This document shows, piece by piece, positions 1-10,981 of a stretch of 64,000 bases of DNA (its first letter is position 1; every line of letters begins with the position of its first letter). Location: positions 9,228 through 73,227 of the forward strand of contig JAFUBQ010000021.1 of NCBI GenBank assembly GCA_017460085.1, written 5' to 3'. This DNA comes from Alphaproteobacteria bacterium (GTDB taxonomy: Bacteria; Pseudomonadota; Alphaproteobacteria; RF32; CAG-239). The position numbers and the translations under genes are program-made. A model generated the notes under the pieces. That model was given only the letters and a program-made list of their open reading frames with translations, had not been told where the DNA came from and did not search any database.

Positions 1-1289
1 CTGCCTTATTTTTACCTTATACAAATTTAGGTTTGATTGTAGTTGATGAATGCCACGATCATTCGTTTAAACAAGAAGATGCCGTTAATTATCAAGGGCG
101 AGATATGGCCATTGTGCGCGCTAAAATAGAACATTTGCCGATTATTTTGGCGACTGCAACGCCAGACTTGGAAACTATGGTTAATGTTGAAAACGGTAAA
201 TATGATTATGTGCAATTAAAAAGCCGTTATGCTCAAGCAGAATTGCCGGAAATTAAGGTTGTTGATTTAAAAAAAGATAAACCGCAAAAAGGAGAATGGG
301 GCGTTTCGTGGCTGTCGCCGAGTTTAGTGCAGGCGGTGCAAGAAAATTTAGCAAAAGGTGAGCAATCGGTGCTGTTTTTAAACCGTCGCGGATATGCACC
401 GTTGCTTATTTGCCGTGATTGCGGGCATCGAATACAATGTCCGAGCTGCAGTGCTTGGCTGACAGAGCATAAAGCATCATCACGGCTTATGTGTCATCAC
501 TGCGGTTATATTGATGACATTCCGACATCTTGCCCGCATTGCGGTTCAACAGAGGGCTTAACAGCTTGCGGTCCGGGGGTGGAACGTGTAGCTGAAGAAG
601 CTGCACAGCGTTTTAAGGGCGCAAAAATTCAAATTCTTTCCAGTGATAATGCCGGCTCTTTGCAATCTGTTTCCGATATTATTGCAAAAATGGAGCGGCG
701 CGAAATTGATATTTTAGTCGGCACGCAAATTATTGCCAAGGGGCACCATTTTCCAGAATTAACTCTAGTTGGTATTGTTGATGCCGATTTAGGATTAATG
801 AGCAGTGATTTAAGAGCAACTGAGCAGACCTATCAGCTTTTGAGCCAAGTTTCAGGACGAGCCGGCCGCGGCGCAAAAAAAGGGAAAGTTTTGCTGCAAA
901 CACTATATCCGGAAAATAATGTTCTAAAAGCACTGCTGAGCGGAAATCGGCAAGAATTTCTAAATTTAGAAAAGCAAAGCAGACAAATGCTCGGTTATCC
1001 GCCTTATGGAAAATTGGCAGCGTTAATTATTTCCGGAGCTAATCAAATGCAAACATCGCAAGTGGCAACGGCTTTTGGGCGCACAGCACCGCACACGGAA
1101 AATATTGAAGTGTTGGGACCGGCACCGGCACCGCTGTTTTTATTGCGTGATAAATATCGTTACCGCCTGCTTCTAAAAACAGCGCGCAACATTAATATTC
1201 AACAAGTTTTACAAACTTGGCGGCAAATGGTGCGTGTACCATCAAGCGTTAAAGTTGAAATTGATATTGACCCTTATTCTTTTTTATAA
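1..1289 (+). CDS. priA: Primosomal protein N' (PriA helicase), C-terminal ~430 aa; 5' end lies outside the window
   Basis: Frame is open from position 3: ALFLPYTNLGLIVVDECHDHSFKQED, a DExH-type motif (DECH). Cys-rich zinc-binding region CRDCGHRIQCPSCSAWLTEHKASSRLMCHHCGY typical of PriA. Helicase C-terminal motifs (LVGTQIIAKGHHFPELTLVG; SGRAGRG). Confidence 0.85.
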   Translation, partial: ALFLPYTNLGLIVVDECHDHSFKQEDAVNYQGRDMAIVRAKIEHLPIILATATPDLETMVNVENGKYDYVQLKSRYAQAELPEIKVVDLKKDKPQKGEWGVSWLSPSLVQAVQENLAKGEQSVLFLNRRGYAPLLICRDCGHRIQCPSCSAWLTEHKASSRLMCHHCGYIDDIPTSCPHCGSTEGLTACGPGVERVAEEAAQRFKGAKIQILSSDNAGSLQSVSDIIAKMERREIDILVGTQIIAKGHHFPELTLVGIVDADLGLMSSDLRATEQTYQLLSQVSGRAGRGAKKGKVLLQTLYPENNVLKALLSGNRQEFLNLEKQSRQMLGYPPYGKLAALIISGANQMQTSQVATAFGRTAPHTENIEVLGPAPAPLFLLRDKYRYRLLLKTARNINIQQVLQTWRQMVRVPSSVKVEIDIDPYSFL

Positions 1290-1319
1290 ATATATCTTTT
1301 GCAATAAAAACAATTAGAT

Positions 1320-2669
1320 TTATTTTTCAACGTACGGATTATTAGCTTTGCGCACTGTCACCCGCAACGGCACACCGCCTAAATCAAACGTTTGCCGCAA
1401 GCTATTGGTTAAATAGCGCAAATATGAATCCGGCAAGCCTTCGGGATTGCTGGAAAAAATAAAAAATGATGGCGGACGTGTTTTGGCTTGCGTAATATAT
1501 TTTAGCTTAATGCGGCGCTTATTTTTACCGAGCGGTGCCGGATTCTGCTCTTGCACAGCGGCAAACCATTGATTAAGCGGTGCCGTCGGAATACGTAAAT
1601 TCCAGCGTTTATACACCTTTTGTACAGCCCGCATTAACTTATCAAGCCCCTCTTTTTTTAGTGCCGAAATTGTCACCGTTGGCACTCCTACCACCTGCGT
1701 TAAAGAAGTTTCCAATTTATAATTCAGCTTTTCCAATGCTTCCTTGCGCTTAGCAATATCCCATTTATTAACCGCAATCACCAATGCCCTGCCCTCGTCT
1801 ATCACCTTGCGGGCAATGGTTAAATCTTGCTTATCCAAAACAGCATCAGCATCTAAAACGAGTACCACAACCTGTGCCATATTGGCCGCATATATTGTGC
1901 TTTCAACCGACATTTTTTCTAAAGAATCATTTACCTTAGCCTGCCGCCGCAAACCTGCCGTATCCACTAGCTTAAATCTTTGTCCCTGCCATTGCCACTC
2001 TGTTGTAATGGCATCGCGTGTCATACCAGCTTCCGGACCGGTCAGCATCCGCTCATCACCTAACAGTGCGTTAACCAAAGTAGATTTTCCGACATTCGGC
2101 CGTCCGACAAACGCAATTTGAATCGGCCTCTCACTATTTTCTTCATCACTTTTAGCGTTTTCTTCGGCGCTTTTTTTCTCATCAAGTTCAAGAAGTTCCA
2201 TATATAAATCATCAAAACCTATGCCGTGTTCGGCTGAAAACGGAATTGGCTGCCCCAACCCCAGTTTATACGCCTCATGAATAGCATCTTCCTGCCTTTT
2301 ACCTTCGCACTTATTCGCCAGCAAAATCACAGGTTTCTGCATTTTACGCACTAAAGATGCAAAAAGCTCATCATATGGTTGCAAACCGGCGCGGGCATCA
2401 AACATAAACAAGCAAACATCGGCATCAGATATTGCCATTTGTGTTTGCTTCCACATCCGGCTTTCCATATTGTCAACAGTAGAATATTCATAACCGGCAG
2501 TATCAATAATTTGCAGCTGTAAATTTTTCAGCTTACCTGCTGCCATTTTGCGGTCACGAGTTACCCCAGGCTTATCATGAACAATAGCCAGTTTTTTACC
2601 GGCCAAACGGTTAAAAAGTGTTGACTTCCCAACATTCGGACGCCCGATTATTGCCACAGATAATACCAT
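1320..2669 (-). CDS. der: Ribosome-associated GTPase Der (EngA), two tandem GTPase domains
   Basis: Two G1 P-loops GRPNVGKST (N-terminal and mid-protein), DTAG G3 motifs, NKCD/NKWD G4 motifs; 449 aa. Directly downstream of bamB, as in the conserved yfgM-bamB-der synteny. Confidence 0.9.
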   Translation of the reverse strand: MVLSVAIIGRPNVGKSTLFNRLAGKKLAIVHDKPGVTRDRKMAAGKLKNLQLQIIDTAGYEYSTVDNMESRMWKQTQMAISDADVCLFMFDARAGLQPYDELFASLVRKMQKPVILLANKCEGKRQEDAIHEAYKLGLGQPIPFSAEHGIGFDDLYMELLELDEKKSAEENAKSDEENSERPIQIAFVGRPNVGKSTLVNALLGDERMLTGPEAGMTRDAITTEWQWQGQRFKLVDTAGLRRQAKVNDSLEKMSVESTIYAANMAQVVVLVLDADAVLDKQDLTIARKVIDEGRALVIAVNKWDIAKRKEALEKLNYKLETSLTQVVGVPTVTISALKKEGLDKLMRAVQKVYKRWNLRIPTAPLNQWFAAVQEQNPAPLGKNKRRIKLKYITQAKTRPPSFFIFSSNPEGLPDSYLRYLTNSLRQTFDLGGVPLRVTVRKANNPYVEK

Positions 2670-2681
2670 TTTTTCTCCAGT

Positions 2682-3995
2682 CTATTGATATGCAATTATT
2701 TTTGCATTTTCCGTTACCAATAATACATAACCATTAACAGCAATCGGTGAAGCATTAAGGTCTTCCCCTGTATCAAAACGGTCTATTAAATTACCGTTTT
2801 GCGGATTATAAAACAGCAATTCGCCGTTTGATAAGGCTAAAACCAAACGACTATCTATCATCACCGGAGCAAATACGCGTTCACTTTTCTTTTTATCTCC
2901 AAAATCAATATTCTTAGCCCATAAAATACGTCCGTTTGTTTTATTAATTGCCACAAGTTCTTGCTTTTCGGTAGTAACATATAATGCATTTCCGGCTAGA
3001 AGCGGGGTATCTGTACCGCCAATAGATTTTTCCCAAATGCGTGAACCGGTGCGAATATCCGATGCCACCATCACATTAGAGCGCCCTAAAGCATAGACTT
3101 TGCTGCCTTCAACAACCGGCGAAGCTGTAATGGTATGTAAATAAGTCGAAGAATATGCCTGACGTTGCGAAATTAGCGTATCTGACCACAGCGGTGTTCC
3201 GATAGTACCGTTAAATGTTTGTAATTCACCATTAGCAAATCCGGCTATCACCACATCTAAACTCGGACTATATGCCGGTGCTGCACCGCCGACCATAGTG
3301 GTATTTTCCATGGCAATATCGTAATCCCACAGTTTTTCGCCATTTTTCATATCAAGGGCATAAAATTTATTGTCAACACTCTGAACTAGTATCTTTCCGG
3401 CAGCAATCACCGGTGCAATTCTGAACAGCGTATGCATATTTTTTTGCCATAAAATATTACCATCAGCAGAATTAACGGCAAATACAACCCCAAAACCGGT
3501 GGTAGCATAAATCACACCGCCTTCCATGGCCATACCCACACCTTTAATTGCGGTATCATCAACATTTTTTTCTTTAGATTCCAACAATGTTTTCCATATG
3601 GTTTCGCCATTGCGTAAACTGAAGGCACGCATTGAACCTTCGGCATCTAAGGTATAAACTTTGTCGCCATTAATCAGCGGTTGCGAAATTAAAAATTCGT
3701 GTTTAGAACTGCCTTTACCAAAATCAGATTTCCATATACGCATAAAACGCGCACCCGCTTGAATATTCGGAATTACGTGCTGCGCATTAACGTCTGTCTG
3801 CTTCCATGCGGAATTTGTCGTTACTGCCGGAATTTGAATCTGCGACGCTCCATCGGCAACTTCTGCTTTAATTGCTGTTTCCTGATCCAAAACAGAAATG
3901 CGCTGTCCCTGAGGCAAAACTTTGTTGGAACACCCACATAACAAAGATGCAGCCACAAAACCGCTCACCCAAACAAAAGATTTTGTACTTTTCAT
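2682..3995 (-). CDS. bamB: Outer membrane protein assembly factor BamB-like PQQ beta-propeller lipoprotein
   Basis: Signal peptide with Cys-containing lipobox-like end (AASLLCGCS). Repeated beta-propeller blades (YALD, YATT, YAVN motifs with G/W residues). Position between the yfgM-like gene and der. Confidence 0.7.
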   Translation of the reverse strand: MKSTKSFVWVSGFVAASLLCGCSNKVLPQGQRISVLDQETAIKAEVADGASQIQIPAVTTNSAWKQTDVNAQHVIPNIQAGARFMRIWKSDFGKGSSKHEFLISQPLINGDKVYTLDAEGSMRAFSLRNGETIWKTLLESKEKNVDDTAIKGVGMAMEGGVIYATTGFGVVFAVNSADGNILWQKNMHTLFRIAPVIAAGKILVQSVDNKFYALDMKNGEKLWDYDIAMENTTMVGGAAPAYSPSLDVVIAGFANGELQTFNGTIGTPLWSDTLISQRQAYSSTYLHTITASPVVEGSKVYALGRSNVMVASDIRTGSRIWEKSIGGTDTPLLAGNALYVTTEKQELVAINKTNGRILWAKNIDFGDKKKSERVFAPVMIDSRLVLALSNGELLFYNPQNGNLIDRFDTGEDLNASPIAVNGYVLLVTENAKIIAYQ

Positions 3996-4016
3996 TTTAT
4001 CCTCTTAATCCTATAA

Positions 4017-4784
4017 TTATATATCGCCTAAAGATGACAGCATATCCTGAATTTTAACACGGAACCCTTCCGGCAAATCTTTTATTTTCAAAATACTTTC
4101 ATAAATTTTTTGCGCCGTTTCCACATCTCCGTCACGAATAGCCACCATTGCCAGCAAATCTTGTGCCAGCGGTGTCCAAGATGTATTCGCTTCGGTTATC
4201 GGTTTCAACATAGCCTCAAATTCTGCTCGCGGCATAGTATCAACCTGATAAGTTGCTAATTTAATCAGTGCAACATTTCTAACTTCTTCCGCAATCTCAG
4301 CATCATTTGCCAGCGTTTGCAAGGCCGCAAGCGCCTCAGCATCTTTGTTTTCACTGAATAAAACATTGGCAATTTGTAATTTTGCAAAATCGCTGAAAAT
4401 TCCCTGATTATCTTCGGCAATTTTATGTAAAGCCGCTAGCGTATCTTCCGGATTTTCACGCAATTGCGCTGCCGACATATAATTTTCTGTATTTGTTTGA
4501 TTTTGCGCAATGCGCCAACTGCGAATTTTTTCAAATGAAACCGTAGCTGAAACTGCTAAAACTACAAATAGAATTACAAAAATGCCATAACGATTCCACA
4601 AAGCCTTGAAATTATCATTTTTTACGTCTTCACTTACTTCATTAATGAATGCGTCAGTATATTCCGGATTAATTTGCGATGTATCTTTCGCTAAACGGCG
4701 TGCTTTCAAAACCGCTGTATTTTCAGTTTTTCCCGTTGTTTTTTTTGCCGGCTGAGCTGCCGTTTTTTTCACATTTTTAGCCAT
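4017..4784 (-). CDS. YfgM-like membrane-anchored TPR-like protein (ancillary SecYEG translocon subunit family)
   Basis: Basic N-terminus, a single TM helix (GIFVILFVVLAVSATVSF), then a helical TPR-like C-terminal domain. Immediately upstream of bamB-der, as is yfgM. Confidence 0.5.
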   Translation of the reverse strand: MAKNVKKTAAQPAKKTTGKTENTAVLKARRLAKDTSQINPEYTDAFINEVSEDVKNDNFKALWNRYGIFVILFVVLAVSATVSFEKIRSWRIAQNQTNTENYMSAAQLRENPEDTLAALHKIAEDNQGIFSDFAKLQIANVLFSENKDAEALAALQTLANDAEIAEEVRNVALIKLATYQVDTMPRAEFEAMLKPITEANTSWTPLAQDLLAMVAIRDGDVETAQKIYESILKIKDLPEGFRVKIQDMLSSLGDI

Positions 4785-4862
4785 ATTATATTCCTTTTTA
4801 AAATCAAACTTTTATACCAATAACAAAAAAACCTGCATAAAGCAATTATTTTTTCATAACTT

Positions 4863-6047
4863 TTATTTTGTAATTTGCTTAATAATAAAACCGCGAACCC
4901 AACGTAAATCATTCACCGGCATATTTTTTCCGAAAATCAAACTTTGATTATCGGCAATCACGGATAAATAAAAACGGTCTGTTGTCGGATTATGCCCAAT
5001 ATCCACCGCTGCAATTTCATCTTTTTTAACATATTCGGCATTGCGGCGTAAAAACAAAATATTATGCCCCAATACAATTTCTTCATCGGTAATAATTAAA
5101 ACATCTTTGCTGAACAATACTATAATTGAAAACAGCGCTATTGCACCGCATAAAAACATAAATGCTGCAAAACCGCCAGCGCCAACATATGGAACAATAA
5201 CCGGATAATTATATATGGCATACCCCATCAGCGCTCCTAAAATAAGAACACCAAACAAGGCCAAAATGCTGTATATATCAAAAAATAGACGCCGCTCCTT
5301 AACAACAACTTTATGCGGCATAACTTTGCATTTTACCGATGACGGCATTGAATTATCTTCACGATACAATGAGTTCAAATGCCATTTAGCAGCCATATCG
5401 CCCAATGTCTTATTTAACTCGCTATGATGCCGTGAAATTAACCCGTGGTCCGTCATAAACAAAGCCGGAAGTTTTAATTTTTCAGCATAATACTCCCACA
5501 TTTTACGCACATTGCGACTGCTTGTTGTCAAATAAAGAGGAACGCGCTTATTTTTTTCCGGATGATATAATTCAATAATATAGCGATTACGGCTCATCAA
5601 TCCTAACTGAAAATATTCAACACGCAGCAAAACACCCAAATAATTATACAAGGCCTCAATTTCCGTCTTTGGCTGCTTAAAAGGCGAATAATAAGTCATT
5701 TTTATATTTTCACCATCAAAGAAAATTACTTTATGCCGTTTTAATGAAATAATGGAAACTACAACAATTATCAGCCCTAAAACCAATATAATTGCATCAA
5801 AAACATAGCGTTGCAATAAAATTTCGTTTGCAGAAAAACTGGTTGATAAATCCATAGTATCAATACTATCTGTGCCAAAATAAAAATATGACACTGCTTC
5901 AAAAACCGCTAATGCCACAAATGCTAAACCGAAAATAATACCTAAAACAGACAGTTTGCCGGATATTCTATCTTTCTGCTCGGCAGGTAAGCTGTCTATT
6001 GCAAATTTGAACTTATAGCTATAGTGATTTGGTGTGTTTTCAGCCAT
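4863..6047 (-). CDS. Membrane protein with two TM clusters, each followed by a bacterial PH-like (YdbT/bPH_2-like) domain; function unknown
   Basis: Hydrophobic pairs LSVLGIIFGLAFVALAVF / IILVLGLIIVVVSIISL and FDIYSILALFGVLILGALMGY / GFAAFMFLCGAIALFSIIVLF. The segments after them resemble bPH_2 topology. Family assigned by architecture only. Confidence 0.4.
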   Translation of the reverse strand: MAENTPNHYSYKFKFAIDSLPAEQKDRISGKLSVLGIIFGLAFVALAVFEAVSYFYFGTDSIDTMDLSTSFSANEILLQRYVFDAIILVLGLIIVVVSIISLKRHKVIFFDGENIKMTYYSPFKQPKTEIEALYNYLGVLLRVEYFQLGLMSRNRYIIELYHPEKNKRVPLYLTTSSRNVRKMWEYYAEKLKLPALFMTDHGLISRHHSELNKTLGDMAAKWHLNSLYREDNSMPSSVKCKVMPHKVVVKERRLFFDIYSILALFGVLILGALMGYAIYNYPVIVPYVGAGGFAAFMFLCGAIALFSIIVLFSKDVLIITDEEIVLGHNILFLRRNAEYVKKDEIAAVDIGHNPTTDRFYLSVIADNQSLIFGKNMPVNDLRWVRGFIIKQITK

Positions 6048-6127
6048 ATTAATCTCCGTTGTTTATTACACATATGCATTGTACACTGATAAAAAAAATT
6101 TTTCACTATTTTTTTTAAATAATATTT

Positions 6128-6160
6128 GTTTTTCGCTTAATTGCGTGTAGAATATAACAA
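6128..6160 (+). promoter_or_regulatory. Candidate sigma70 promoter for the GGDEF gene
   Basis: TTGTTT (6128) ... TAGAAT (6149-6154) about 30 nt upstream of the ATG; by eye only. Confidence 0.3.
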
Positions 6161-6183
6161 AATTAATAAATAAATGGTGAAAA

Positions 6184-7842
6184 ATGTTGATATTTGATAT
6201 TTCTGAATATATTTTTTCATGGCAATGCTTATTTTGCTTTGTTGCATTGGCTGTTCTGTTTAACCTGCGGAAAAATGAAAGTTTTGCAGGCTTAGCCTTT
6301 TTGTTAACCGGCGGGTTACTTTCTGTAGCAACTGTTTTTTTGGCTCGTGATGACCAAATTTTATATTCATTCGGTCTGGGTTATGATTTTGTTACATTTG
6401 TTAAATTAGTGCTAGTTTTGCTTATGTCGGTTTTATGGATTTCTGCCGCTGCTAAATTTTACAACAACCAAAGCTCTAATTTGGCAGCAATCGGTTTTTA
6501 TTTTACCTTTGGCTTAATTGTTTGTGTTTATTATTCTTTTTTCAACAAAGAACAAGAAGGGGCTAACACTATTGTTTCCATAATCACAAATTCCGGACTC
6601 TTACTTTTATCATGCGGAGTTTTCTTACGATTCGCAAAAAATAAAAACAGCGGTAATTTTTTGCTTTTTATTGTAATTTTACTACTTATCACTCAATCCT
6701 TATTGACGAACTTATTGTTTAAAAATTTCGCACAAACTGCTAATTTTTTAAACTGGCTATGGCTATATATTTTTCCTTTTGCTTCTATGCTTATCAAACA
6801 AAATTCTCAATCTACGGAGCTTAAAAAAAATCATAAAGTAATTGATACTTTAAATCTGCAAATAAATAATATGATTGATTCTTCGCCTTTCCCGATTGTG
6901 CTGGCAAAAATTACAGGCGATAAATTGCTATTAATTAATACACCGGCTGCATCGCTTTTAGGAATCAGCAAAAAAGAAGTATCTTTCCATAAATTAAAAG
7001 ATTTTTTTGTAGATGAAGCTAATCGGCAGAAGTTTTTCAATTTATTGGAAAAGCAACATGAAGTTCAAGATTTTGATATAATGGTGTGTGACTTAATTAA
7101 CGCAACACCATTTTGGCTTTCTGTTTCCGCCAAAACCATTGAATATAACAATGAAATAGCACTATATATGGCATTTCAAGATGTGACAATGCGCAAGCAG
7201 CGAGAAGACGGTTTGCAAGCTCAAGCCGATAAAGACCCTTTGACTATGGCATGGAACCGACGCTATTTTGAAAAATTGGTTCCGGAAAACATTAAAGAAT
7301 GCATACGAAAATCTCAGAATTTCAGCCTATTATTACTTGATGCAGATAAATTTAAGAATATTAATGATACATATGGGCATAAATTGGGTGATAAGGTGCT
7401 GATTGAACTTGCCGATATTTGCCGCACATCTCTCAGAACAGATGATATCGTGGCTCGATTCGGCGGAGAAGAATTTGTGGTGTTTTTAAACAATACCGAT
7501 ACCGATTCGGCACTTAAAGTTGCCGAACGTTTGCGCCAAAATATTGAAAACACTTCAGTTGATGACGATAATGGTAATGCCGTTCGGTTTACGGTAAGTA
7601 TCGGGGTTGTTTCATCTGAAAAAACATCAAGTTTAGATATATTATTGCGACAAGTCGATGATGCAATGTATTTGGCTAAAAAGCGCGGACGCAACCAAGT
7701 TGCACTTTATGATGAAGAAGATGCAAAAGTTTTTTTAAATAAAAAAACAAAACACCGTGAAGCCAATGTTCACCCGATTTTTCAAAATGAAGAAAATGAA
7801 GAAATATCTTTACTTGACAATTATGATAGCAAAATTTTATAA
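6184..7842 (+). CDS. Membrane sensor diguanylate cyclase (multi-TM N-terminus, PAS-like linker, GGDEF domain)
   Basis: GGDEF active-site motif RFGGEEFVVFL; upstream RYFE and DxLT motifs of the GGDEF fold; N-terminal ~200 aa very hydrophobic. RBS GGTGA before ATG at 6184. Confidence 0.8.
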   Translation: MLIFDISEYIFSWQCLFCFVALAVLFNLRKNESFAGLAFLLTGGLLSVATVFLARDDQILYSFGLGYDFVTFVKLVLVLLMSVLWISAAAKFYNNQSSNLAAIGFYFTFGLIVCVYYSFFNKEQEGANTIVSIITNSGLLLLSCGVFLRFAKNKNSGNFLLFIVILLLITQSLLTNLLFKNFAQTANFLNWLWLYIFPFASMLIKQNSQSTELKKNHKVIDTLNLQINNMIDSSPFPIVLAKITGDKLLLINTPAASLLGISKKEVSFHKLKDFFVDEANRQKFFNLLEKQHEVQDFDIMVCDLINATPFWLSVSAKTIEYNNEIALYMAFQDVTMRKQREDGLQAQADKDPLTMAWNRRYFEKLVPENIKECIRKSQNFSLLLLDADKFKNINDTYGHKLGDKVLIELADICRTSLRTDDIVARFGGEEFVVFLNNTDTDSALKVAERLRQNIENTSVDDDNGNAVRFTVSIGVVSSEKTSSLDILLRQVDDAMYLAKKRGRNQVALYDEEDAKVFLNKKTKHREANVHPIFQNEENEEISLLDNYDSKIL

Positions 7843-7851
7843 AGAGGGATT

Positions 7852-9006
7852 ATGAATTGTCCATATATTGAAATATGCGGCGGTTGTCCGCTACGAAATT
7901 TAACCGAAACGGAATATCAGCAAACCAAAAAAGTTTGGTTTGATAAGGTCTTGACAGCATTAAACCAACCGGAAATTGCTCAAGATAAACCAGTCTTTAT
8001 TGCCGATGGTTCGCGCCGCCGTGCAGAATTGACGTTTGAATATTCTCACAAAAAACTGTCTTTAGGTTTTAATGCCGCGCAAAGCCACAAAATTGCCGAT
8101 ATTGAATATTGCTTGGCACTAACCGAAAACTTGAATAATTTGCTGTTACAAGTGCACCGTTTTTTGGAAGATTTATGCCAAATTAATATCACTAAAAAAA
8201 TAAAAAACAAAATTATCACGGCAAACATTAACCAAGGTGAAATTTGGCTTACCGAAGCGGATAATGGCATTGATATTTTGCTGGAAATTAACGATTCGCT
8301 TAATTTAGAGCAACGTATGCTTATAAGCGAATGGGCAGCGGAAAATCCGAAAGTTATACGCCTTTCGGTGCGCGTTAACAATGGAAAACCGGAAACAATT
8401 ATTGAAAAACTGAAACCATACATCAATATTGCCGAATATCAGGTTTATATTGCTGCCGGAACATTTTTGCAGCCATCGAAAGCCGGCGAGCAAGCTTTAA
8501 TAAGTTTGGTTTTGCAATATGCAGGAAAAACAACCGGTAAAATTGCTGATTTATTCTGCGGCATCGGCACTTTTTCGTATCCATTGTCCGCAAATATGCA
8601 AAATAAAATTACGGCGGTAGATTCTTCTGCCGAATTATTGGCCGGATTCAAACAAACCATTAATGCGAATATGATTCCGAATATTGAAATTTTGCAGAAA
8701 AATTTATTTAAATATCCGCTTGATGCCGATGAATTAAAGCAATTTGCATTGGTGGTGTTTGACCCTCCGCGCGCCGGTGCGGCCGCTCAAGTTAAGCAAT
8801 TTACGCAAATGTTCGATGTTGATAAACCGCAAAAAATTATTGCTGTGTCATGCAATCCGCATACTTTTATTAACGATGCAAATACATTATTGTCTGGCGG
8901 ATACACTTTAGAAAAAATAACCATGGTTGATCAATTTGTATATAGCAAACACTGTGAATTGGTCGCCCTATTTATTAAAAAAGGAGAAAATAATGGAATT
9001 AAATAA
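7852..9006 (+). CDS. RNA (uracil-5)-methyltransferase, TrmA/RlmD (RumA) family
   Basis: N-terminal Cys cluster (CPYIEICGGCPLRN), class-I SAM fold, DPPRAG motif and catalytic SCNPHTF (family nucleophile Cys). RBS AGAGGGA before ATG. Confidence 0.75.
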   Translation: MNCPYIEICGGCPLRNLTETEYQQTKKVWFDKVLTALNQPEIAQDKPVFIADGSRRRAELTFEYSHKKLSLGFNAAQSHKIADIEYCLALTENLNNLLLQVHRFLEDLCQINITKKIKNKIITANINQGEIWLTEADNGIDILLEINDSLNLEQRMLISEWAAENPKVIRLSVRVNNGKPETIIEKLKPYINIAEYQVYIAAGTFLQPSKAGEQALISLVLQYAGKTTGKIADLFCGIGTFSYPLSANMQNKITAVDSSAELLAGFKQTINANMIPNIEILQKNLFKYPLDADELKQFALVVFDPPRAGAAAQVKQFTQMFDVDKPQKIIAVSCNPHTFINDANTLLSGGYTLEKITMVDQFVYSKHCELVALFIKKGENNGIK

Positions 9007-10957
9007 GCAAAAATTGCAGCAAATGGCCAATGCCATTCGTGTTTTAAGCGCCGAAGCTGTTGAAAAAGCCAATTCCGGACATCCGGGAATGCCGCTTGGT
9101 ATGGCAGATGTTGCCGCGGTCTTGTTCGGACAATATATAAATTTATATCCCGATGCTCCGCGTTGGTTTAACCGCGACCGTTTTGTGCTTTCTGCCGGCC
9201 ATGGCTCAATGCTTTTATATTCCTTATTTTATCTTTTGGGTTATCCCGATATTAATATTGATGACATAAAAAACTTCCGCCAGCTGGGCGCTAAAACCGC
9301 TGGACATCCGGAATATGGAAATTTGGGCGGAATTGATATGACAACCGGTCCACTGGGACAAGGTATTTCTTCGGCAGTCGGTATGGCTTTGGCTGAACGC
9401 AAAATTAACGCTAAATTCGGTGATAATCTGTGCAATCACTACACTTATGTCATTTGCGGCGACGGCTGTTTGATGGAAGGCATATCTGAAGAAGCAATCT
9501 CTTTGGCCGGACTATGGAAACTCAACAAATTAATTGTATTTTGGGATAATAATAACATTACAATTGACGGCACGGTGGATAAAAGCAATGCAACCGACCA
9601 ATTGGCACGTTTTAAAGCTGTCGGTTGGAACACCATCAGCATTAACGGGCATAATTACGATGAAATTGCCGCTGCCATTGAACAGGCACAAAAATCAGAT
9701 AAACCGACGTTGATTGCCTGCAAAACCACTATTGGCTACGGAGCGCCGCATAAAGAGGGAACTTCTAAAGTTCACGGAGCGCCGTTGGGTGCAGAAGAAT
9801 TGGCTTTATTAAAAGAAAATTTGGGCTGGACGGCTGAATCGTTCACTGTTCCGGCAGAAATTATGGCTTCTTGGCGCGCTGCCGGTCAAAGAGCTGCAAT
9901 TCAATATCAACAGTGGCAAAAATCAGCGGCACAAAATAGCGAATTTATAAAATACATCAATAACGAGTTGCCTGAAAATTGGGCTGTGGAGCTTGATGAA
10001 TTAAAAATAAAAACAATTAAGGAACAAACTAAAGTTGCCACTCGCAAAGCCTCGCAAATGTGTTTGGAAAATTTGGTAAAATATGTGCCGCAAATTATCG
10101 GCGGCTCTGCCGATTTGGCAGCCTCTAATTTAACTTTTGTTGACGGCATGCAAACCATAACTGCGGCTGATTATAGCGGCAATAATATTATGTACGGTAT
10201 CAGAGAACACGCCATGGGGGCTATTATGAACGGTTTAGCACTGCACGGCGGTGTTATTCCATACGGTGGAACTTTCTTTGTTTTTTCAGACTATATGCGG
10301 CCGAGTATGCGTTTAGCTGCCTTAATGGGTTTGCGCGTCATATATGTTTTAACCCACGATTCTATCGGCGTGGGCGAAGACGGACCGACACATCAGCCGA
10401 TTGAACATTTGGCATCATATCGCGCAATGCCTAATATTAATGTTTTTCGCCCGTGTGATGTGGTGGAAACTGCTGAAGCGTGGCAACTTGCCATTGCGAA
10501 TGAACATACGCCGAGCATTTTAGCCTTGTCACGGCAAAGTGTGCCTACTTTACGCACAAATGCCGATGAAAACAAAACCGCAAAAGGCGCATATATCATT
10601 TCAGCAGCAAGCGGAACCCCGCAAGCCACCATTATTGCCACCGGAACTGAAGTATCACTAGCCGTAGCGGCACAAAAGCAGCTACGCAATTTAGGCATTG
10701 AGGTTAATGTTGTTTCTATGCCGTGCCAAGAGCTGTTTCTCAAGCAAGCTACTGAATATCAGCAAGCCGTTTTAGGAACGGCACCGCGCATTGCCGTTGA
10801 AGCAGGTACAACATTCGGCTGGGAACGTTTTGTCGGGGCTAACAGCACCGTTTTAGGCATCGATTCGTTTGGCGCTTCCGGTAAAGGTGATGAAGTTTAC
10901 GAACATTTTGGTTTAACTGCTGATAAAATAGCAAAAGCAGTGCAAAAGTTTTTATAA
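8993..10957 (+). CDS. tkt: Transketolase
   Basis: Start chosen at MELNKQ (RBS AAAGGAG 6 nt upstream) rather than the longer ORF-track start at 8927. ThDP motif SGHPGMPLGMADVA, GDGCLMEG, and a transketolase pyrimidine-binding/C-terminal domain. Confidence 0.9.
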   Translation: MELNKQKLQQMANAIRVLSAEAVEKANSGHPGMPLGMADVAAVLFGQYINLYPDAPRWFNRDRFVLSAGHGSMLLYSLFYLLGYPDINIDDIKNFRQLGAKTAGHPEYGNLGGIDMTTGPLGQGISSAVGMALAERKINAKFGDNLCNHYTYVICGDGCLMEGISEEAISLAGLWKLNKLIVFWDNNNITIDGTVDKSNATDQLARFKAVGWNTISINGHNYDEIAAAIEQAQKSDKPTLIACKTTIGYGAPHKEGTSKVHGAPLGAEELALLKENLGWTAESFTVPAEIMASWRAAGQRAAIQYQQWQKSAAQNSEFIKYINNELPENWAVELDELKIKTIKEQTKVATRKASQMCLENLVKYVPQIIGGSADLAASNLTFVDGMQTITAADYSGNNIMYGIREHAMGAIMNGLALHGGVIPYGGTFFVFSDYMRPSMRLAALMGLRVIYVLTHDSIGVGEDGPTHQPIEHLASYRAMPNINVFRPCDVVETAEAWQLAIANEHTPSILALSRQSVPTLRTNADENKTAKGAYIISAASGTPQATIIATGTEVSLAVAAQKQLRNLGIEVNVVSMPCQELFLKQATEYQQAVLGTAPRIAVEAGTTFGWERFVGANSTVLGIDSFGASGKGDEVYEHFGLTADKIAKAVQKFL

Positions 10958-10981
10958 AACAATTGCACTGCAAATACTAAA

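Noticed and set aside
1744-2121. 125-aa + strand ORF inside der
   Set aside because: Fully antisense to the well-supported GTPase Der gene; no independent coding evidence.
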